A stretch of DNA of 32,000 bases from Aliivibrio fischeri ES114 (GTDB lineage: Bacteria; Pseudomonadota; Gammaproteobacteria; Enterobacterales; Vibrionaceae): the NCBI RefSeq assembly GCF_000011805.1, contig NC_006841.2; one strand, written 5' to 3'. The first letter of the stretch is position 1. The number at the start of each line of letters is the position of its first letter. The position numbers were made by a program, and so were the translations under genes. Below, one piece after another: positions 28,637-32,000 of the stretch. Below the pieces are notes generated by a model. That model did not search any database and was not told the DNA's origin. It worked only from the letters and a program-made list of their open reading frames with translations.

Positions 28637-28720
28637 CTAGCGTATTAATTTAATCTTACGAGCCTTTCTGTCTATTAAATAGAAAAAGCGCCCATTTCTA
28701 TAAATACATTGAACACTCAT
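28637..28720 (-). CDS. candidate 27-aa basic micro-protein (MSVQCIYRNGRFFYLIDRKARKIKLIR), unit 1
   Basis: ATG preceded by GAGG with a 7-nt spacer. The same ORF is conserved in unit 2 and in the prophage. Confidence 0.4.
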   Translation of the reverse strand: MSVQCIYRNGRFFYLIDRKARKIKLIR

Positions 28721-28912
28721 AAACAAACCTCAACACGTTTAAAACCTATCTTTAATGCAGCTCGCAAGCGGCTAAAAATACGCTCACCGCCTCGTTGGGC
28801 CTCTAAAACGTATTTATCAATCAAAAAGGTTATAACCAGAACCTAGAGGATTAATTAATTACCATCTTTGCTTTTTTTAAAGAACATAATCAAATCTTAA
28901 ATTTGATTGTTA

Positions 28913-28940
28913 ACATCACATAATTCATATAATGCGCACT
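28913..28940 (-). other. dif-like junction site (XerC arm plus phage-type centre and degenerate XerD arm)
   Basis: The minus strand reads AGTGCGCATTA TATGAA TTATGTGATGT. Confidence 0.7.
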
Positions 28941-28997
28941 AGAATGTGGTAAATGAACATGAGGAATATGAGGAAATTTATTACGAAGTCTGTTTAT

Positions 28998-29043
28998 AAA
29001 AAAACCATGATGGAACACCATATCCATATGGTGTCCATCATGG
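28998..29043 (-). terminator. the same hairpin, unit 2
   Basis: Same arms as unit 1. The tip is ATAT-CC-ATAT, which lengthens the stem. Confidence 0.55.
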
Positions 29044-29194
29044 GTAATTATCAACACAAGGCTAGTGGTGTCATTCGATAATTATAAAAAGATTTATTTG
29101 GCTAATAAATCTCTATTTATACTCTCACATATTAACATCTATAGTGTTGATGATTATGAAAAAAAAATAGCAAAAAATGCAATATTGATACGCG

Positions 29195-29278
29195 CTAGCG
29201 TATTAATTTAATCTTACGAGCCTTTCTGTCTATTAAATAGAAAAAGCGCCCATTTCTATAAATACATTGAACACTCAT
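29195..29278 (-). CDS. candidate 27-aa basic micro-protein, unit 2
   Basis: Identical to the unit 1 copy. GAGG lies at 29286-29289 (minus strand), 7 nt from the ATG at 29278. Confidence 0.4.
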   Translation of the reverse strand: MSVQCIYRNGRFFYLIDRKARKIKLIR

Positions 29279-29470
29279 AAACAAACCTCAACACGTTTAA
29301 AACCTATCTTTAATGCAGCTCGCAAGCGGCTAAAAATACGCTCACCGCCTCGTTGGGCCTCTAAAACGTATTTATCAATCAAAAAGGTTATAACCAGAAC
29401 CTAGAGGATTAATTAATTACCATCTTTGCTTTTTTTAAAGAACATAATCAAATCTTAAATTTGATTGTTA

Positions 29471-29498
29471 ACATCACATAATTCATATAATGCGCACT
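29471..29498 (-). other. dif-like junction site at the prophage/mini-element boundary
   Basis: The minus strand reads AGTGCGCATTA TATGAA TTATGTGATGT, identical to 28913-28940. Confidence 0.7.
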
Positions 29499-29555
29499 AG
29501 AATGTGGTAAATGAACATGAGGAATATGAGGAAATTTATTACGAAGTCTGTTTAT

Positions 29556-29601
29556 AAAAAAACCATGATGGAACACCATATCCATATGGTGTCCATCATG
29601 G
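29556..29601 (-). terminator. the same hairpin in the prophage, about 300 nt downstream of zot
   Basis: Identical to the unit 2 version. It is the likely terminator of the morphogenesis operon. Confidence 0.6.
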
Positions 29602-29750
29602 GTAATTATCAACACAAAGGTGGTATTACTCGATAATTAAAAAGATTTATCTTTGGGGGTATAAATCTGTATTTAGATTCCCACATATTAGCAACAGTAG
29701 GTTCGTTGATTATGAAAAACAACAGCAAAAAAATGCAATATTGATACGCG

Positions 29751-29831
29751 CTAGCGTATTAATTTAATCTTACGAGCCTTTCTGTCTATCAAATAGAAAA
29801 AACGCCCATTTCTATAAATACATTGAACCAT
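29751..29831 (-). CDS. candidate 26-aa basic micro-protein (MVQCIYRNGRFFYLIDRKARKIKLIR), prophage copy
   Basis: ATG at 29831 preceded by AAGGA (29839-29843) with a 7-nt spacer. An upstream in-frame ATG at 29849 would give 32 aa. The only two nucleotide differences from the mini-element copies are synonymous (CGC/CGT, TTA/TTG). Confidence 0.4.
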   Translation of the reverse strand: MVQCIYRNGRFFYLIDRKARKIKLIR

Positions 29832-29900
29832 TTTGTTATCCTTACTCATTTTTATAGATTAGGTTCGCTACGCTCAGCGAATCCATAAAAATCGAGCTTA

Positions 29901-31085
29901 TTAAAAAACACTCGAGACATTAATCAATGAATCGTCTTTCTCTGATTTAATCGGCGCACCCCGACGAACTGGAGCTATTAAGGCTAACTGTCTTATCTTA
30001 TCAAAGACTAAAAACTCATTATAATCAGGCATTGAAAGCACCGAATAACGGTAACTGTAATTAAAAAGCTCAGTTGGTACAGAGCCTTGCTGTGATTCAA
30101 AATACACCGTTAAGCCTTTGAACTTATCAAAGCCAGTGGCAAAAATGCCCTTGTATTCTAAATCAGGGAATTGATTCACTATCTGATAATTCCCCCCATC
30201 ATAAGTGACGCTGTTATCTTGAAAGCAAATCCCACGAACACAAAAGCTAGGCAGCGAATGACTAGGAACTTGAGTAGAAGTAATGGTGCTTTGCTCATTT
30301 GTTGAAACCTGTTTTTCATAATTTCCCCCTGTAATTAACTCATTATCATAAAGACCATAAAATGAATAAGAGAACAAACTTATAATGAAAAGTGACAGGA
30401 TAACTATTTTTCTGTCTTTCCAGAAAGGCGTACCAGCTAACGTATCCCTAGCCTTGCCCGTTGTTGTGCTCTGATACATTTTAAAAACGTACTTAGGTAC
30501 TTTTTTAATCTCTCTGGTTGTAGCGTGAGAGTCTTGTAAGCCTGAATTGGTAGCATCATGGGTTGTTAAGGTAAATTTAGCTCCTAGACCCATTGTGGCG
30601 CGGTTAAAGTGCCTATAACCAATTTCCGCAGCGTCACGTATCATTCCATGAACCTTGCTAATATTCGGTGTTGTGAGGCAAATATCCCAACCATGGTGAC
30701 GATGCATATCAAATGCTACCTCAAAAGTTTCTGGACGCCCTTCTTCGACTAAATCTGAAGGTGTATCAAGAGCTTTTAGGTTGGCCATAGTTAATTTAGG
30801 CGACCAAATTCGACCGCATTCATCAATAAAAATAAACGCATCTTTAGGTGCCCAATGCCAAAACTTAGCAAGATGAATACGGCCATTAGGATGGTCCGTG
30901 TCTACAAAAATAAAAACAATATCCGATTCATTAATACCAAGGTGTTTAGCGATAACCCCTAGCTTTAAACCACGGATATTAGTAACTATAGGACGGCCTG
31001 ATTTAATCGCAGGAAGAAGCCTAAGCCAGAGTGCTCCCGATGTTTTATAAGAGCCAGGCGCGCCATGATGAACAAAGATACTCAT
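29901..31085 (-). CDS. zot: Zot-like assembly ATPase (inovirus pI)
   Basis: MSIFVHHGAPGSYKTSGALWLRLLPAIKSGRPIVTN... is nearly identical to the N-terminus of V. cholerae Zot as I recall it. Walker A GAPGSYKT and a central TM segment (ILSLFIISLFSYSFYGL). Confidence 0.9.
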   Translation of the reverse strand: MSIFVHHGAPGSYKTSGALWLRLLPAIKSGRPIVTNIRGLKLGVIAKHLGINESDIVFIFVDTDHPNGRIHLAKFWHWAPKDAFIFIDECGRIWSPKLTMANLKALDTPSDLVEEGRPETFEVAFDMHRHHGWDICLTTPNISKVHGMIRDAAEIGYRHFNRATMGLGAKFTLTTHDATNSGLQDSHATTREIKKVPKYVFKMYQSTTTGKARDTLAGTPFWKDRKIVILSLFIISLFSYSFYGLYDNELITGGNYEKQVSTNEQSTITSTQVPSHSLPSFCVRGICFQDNSVTYDGGNYQIVNQFPDLEYKGIFATGFDKFKGLTVYFESQQGSVPTELFNYSYRYSVLSMPDYNEFLVFDKIRQLALIAPVRRGAPIKSEKDDSLINVSSVF

Positions 31086-31366
31086 AATTTAAAAACCTGA
31101 AGTGAAAAGCGAGTTAATAGAGCCTGAATTAAAATAGCAAATACTTTATCTAAACCAAGGTAAAACAGAATGCCACTATATTGTGGCGGTAACATATCTA
31201 TGGCAGATTGAATTTGAGGATAAATAGAAAACATAGAAACAATGTTATTAGATACATCCCAAAAGAATTTGATAATAAATAATTTGCTTTCTAAAAACAT
31301 CTCGGCTAATTCAATAACTAAAAAAGCCACACCATCAACAAACCAAGAGTAAATATAATCCAACAT
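31082..31366 (-). CDS. ace: Ace-like small hydrophobic minor coat protein (pVI analogue)
   Basis: 94-aa hydrophobic protein. Its stop overlaps the zot start by 4 nt, and it occupies the position of CTXphi ace. Confidence 0.65.
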   Translation of the reverse strand: MLDYIYSWFVDGVAFLVIELAEMFLESKLFIIKFFWDVSNNIVSMFSIYPQIQSAIDMLPPQYSGILFYLGLDKVFAILIQALLTRFSLQVFKL

Positions 31367-31372
31367 ATAGCG

Positions 31373-32000
31373 CTACCTTAAAAATATAATCATAGCTGCA
31401 AAGATATAAGCCGCAGCAAGTAATATCTTTCTAATTAAATCCAGATGCTCATTAAATACGGAAAAATCCAAACAGAAATTATAATCAAATGCATCGATAT
31501 AACTACAGAACGAAGGTATGGATGCATGACCAATAAACTCATGCTCTTTTGATTTTGATATTAACGATTCAATTTCATTTTTAAATTTAATTTTCGTTTG
31601 CTCATAACTATTTAATGCAGTTTGAATAGGAATAGAGCACGATTCTTGAGTACAGCTACCCATAACTAAAGAGCCTAATCCGCCTATTTCTGATTTAATT
31701 GAATTAAGAATACTTGTGTAATCTTTTCCACTCCCAGAGCCGCCGCTCCCAGAGTTCATATTGTCATTAATCAGCTTAATCGAAGCGTTAATATCTTGAA
31801 GATTATAATTGATATTTGAATTAGTCATTTCAAGGTTTTGAGAGAGGTTATCAATTTTATCATTAAGCTGAAGAAAGTTTTTATTATCAGAAGAATGAAA
31901 ACCAGAAAGTTGATCGCTCATTTGAATATATCGTTGTGTATTTCTATCCATAGATTCACGTAGATTTACATCTATAGAAGCTGCATATGATAACGTTTTT
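31373..32000 (-). CDS. pIII/OrfU-like minor coat (receptor-binding) protein, N-terminus probably outside the window
   Basis: Gly/Ser linker (SGSGGSGSGK) and a C-terminal hydrophobic anchor (ILLAAAYIFAAMIIFLR). The track starts at ATG 31951, but the frame stays open to position 32000. Confidence 0.6.
   Translation of the reverse strand, partial: KTLSYAASIDVNLRESMDRNTQRYIQMSDQLSGFHSSDNKNFLQLNDKIDNLSQNLEMTNSNINYNLQDINASIKLINDNMNSGSGGSGSGKDYTSILNSIKSEIGGLGSLVMGSCTQESCSIPIQTALNSYEQTKIKFKNEIESLISKSKEHEFIGHASIPSFCSYIDAFDYNFCLDFSVFNEHLDLIRKILLAAAYIFAAMIIFLR

Larger units (their letters stand above)
28371..28929 (-). repeat. tandem repeat unit 1 (559 bp)
   Basis: Direct comparison with 28930-29487. 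Differences seen are two C/T changes near 28387 and 28400 and a different hairpin loop (11 versus 10 nt). The remainder looks identical by eye. Confidence 0.9.
28930..29487 (-). repeat. tandem repeat unit 2 (558 bp)
   Basis: See unit 1. Its first ~125 bp are identical to 29488-29612 of the prophage end. Confidence 0.9.
28371..29498 (-). mobile_element. tandem array of two ~558-bp miniature Xer-exploiting elements (IMEX, miniphage or satellite-like)
   Basis: Two head-to-tail units, each ending in a dif-like site, sit between the true dif and a filamentous prophage. Part of each unit is homologous to the prophage end. Confidence 0.6.
29488..29849 (-). repeat. partial third copy, the prophage-borne version of the repeat (post-zot region)
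   Basis: Identical to unit 2 for ~125 bp, about 70% identical over the next ~100 bp, then near-identical to about 29828. A 15-nt indel follows, and homology ends after ACTCAT (29844-29849). Confidence 0.85.
29471..32000 (-). mobile_element. CTXphi-like filamentous prophage (Inoviridae), right-hand part only, integrated at dif
   Basis: The gene order pIII-like, Ace/pVI-like, Zot/pI on the minus strand ends at a dif-like site. It continues beyond the window. Confidence 0.85.

Noticed and set aside
28950-29078. Plus-strand 42-aa ORF (MNMRNMRKFITKSVYKKTMMEHHIHMVSIMGNYQHKASGVIR) running through hairpin 1 of the repeat
   Set aside because: In unit 1 the 1-nt longer loop shifts the frame and truncates it to 31 aa with a different tail. 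There is no convincing SD. The sequence is better explained by the hairpin or terminator on the minus strand.
29243-29270. Second, inverted dif-like motif (AGCGCCCATTT CTATAA ATACATTGAAC), which might pair with the main site as in the CTXphi forked-hairpin attP
   Set aside because: It matches only 8/11 in the XerC arm and 6/11 in the XerD arm, lies ~300 nt from the main site, and sits entirely within the conserved micro-ORF. That is not above chance in AT-rich DNA. It is worth a computational fold only.
29276-29383. Minus-strand 35-aa TTG-initiated ORF whose TGA overlaps the micro-ORF ATG (ATGA)
   Set aside because: No SD, a non-ATG start, and no second independent copy to test conservation (units 1 and 2 are identical here).
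28371-29849. Possibility that the regular repeats are a CRISPR array
   Set aside because: The period is ~558 bp with no short repeat-spacer alternation, and no cas genes are present. The units are bounded by dif-like sites.

Overview
AT-rich (roughly 38-40% GC by eye) chromosomal segment that looks like Vibrionaceae, possibly Aliivibrio (inference from gene content and composition). No rRNA, tRNA or CRISPR array was recognised. The left edge (1-2236) holds a P4/DUF4102-type integrase with three TGGGGTAC repeats in its upstream region and an unknown ORF running off the window, so it is probably one end of a genomic island. The middle (2.2-28.2 kb) is mostly housekeeping and accessory chromosomal genes. 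These include a lipoprotein plus LruC/GEVED secreted protein pair, a stand-alone EAL protein, DUF2797, a DEAD-box helicase and ppnP. Further along are an orphan PstS-like binding protein, AraC and SgrR-family regulators, a divergent HemF-like protein, and a four-gene HK-RR-secreted protein-YoaH operon that is VxrAB/WigKR-like. The remaining genes are a beta-barrel OMP, mog, an AGDEF diguanylate cyclase, patZ/yfiQ, a SPOR lipoprotein, ddl, a Cre-like tyrosine recombinase and yciH. The most interesting part is the right end (28.35-32 kb). A textbook dif site (AGTGCGCATTA-TATATC-TTATGTTAAAT, minus strand, 28354-28381) is followed by two tandem ~558-bp miniature elements. Each is bounded by a phage-type dif-like site with a degenerate XerD arm. 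Next comes a CTXphi-like filamentous prophage (pIII-like, Ace/pVI-like, Zot/pI) whose post-zot end is homologous to the miniature units. Each unit keeps two hairpins with conserved stems and variable loops, plus a conserved 26-27 aa basic micro-ORF. I interpret this as an array of Xer-exploiting mobile elements (IMEX) containing a previously undescribed miniphage or satellite-like element.
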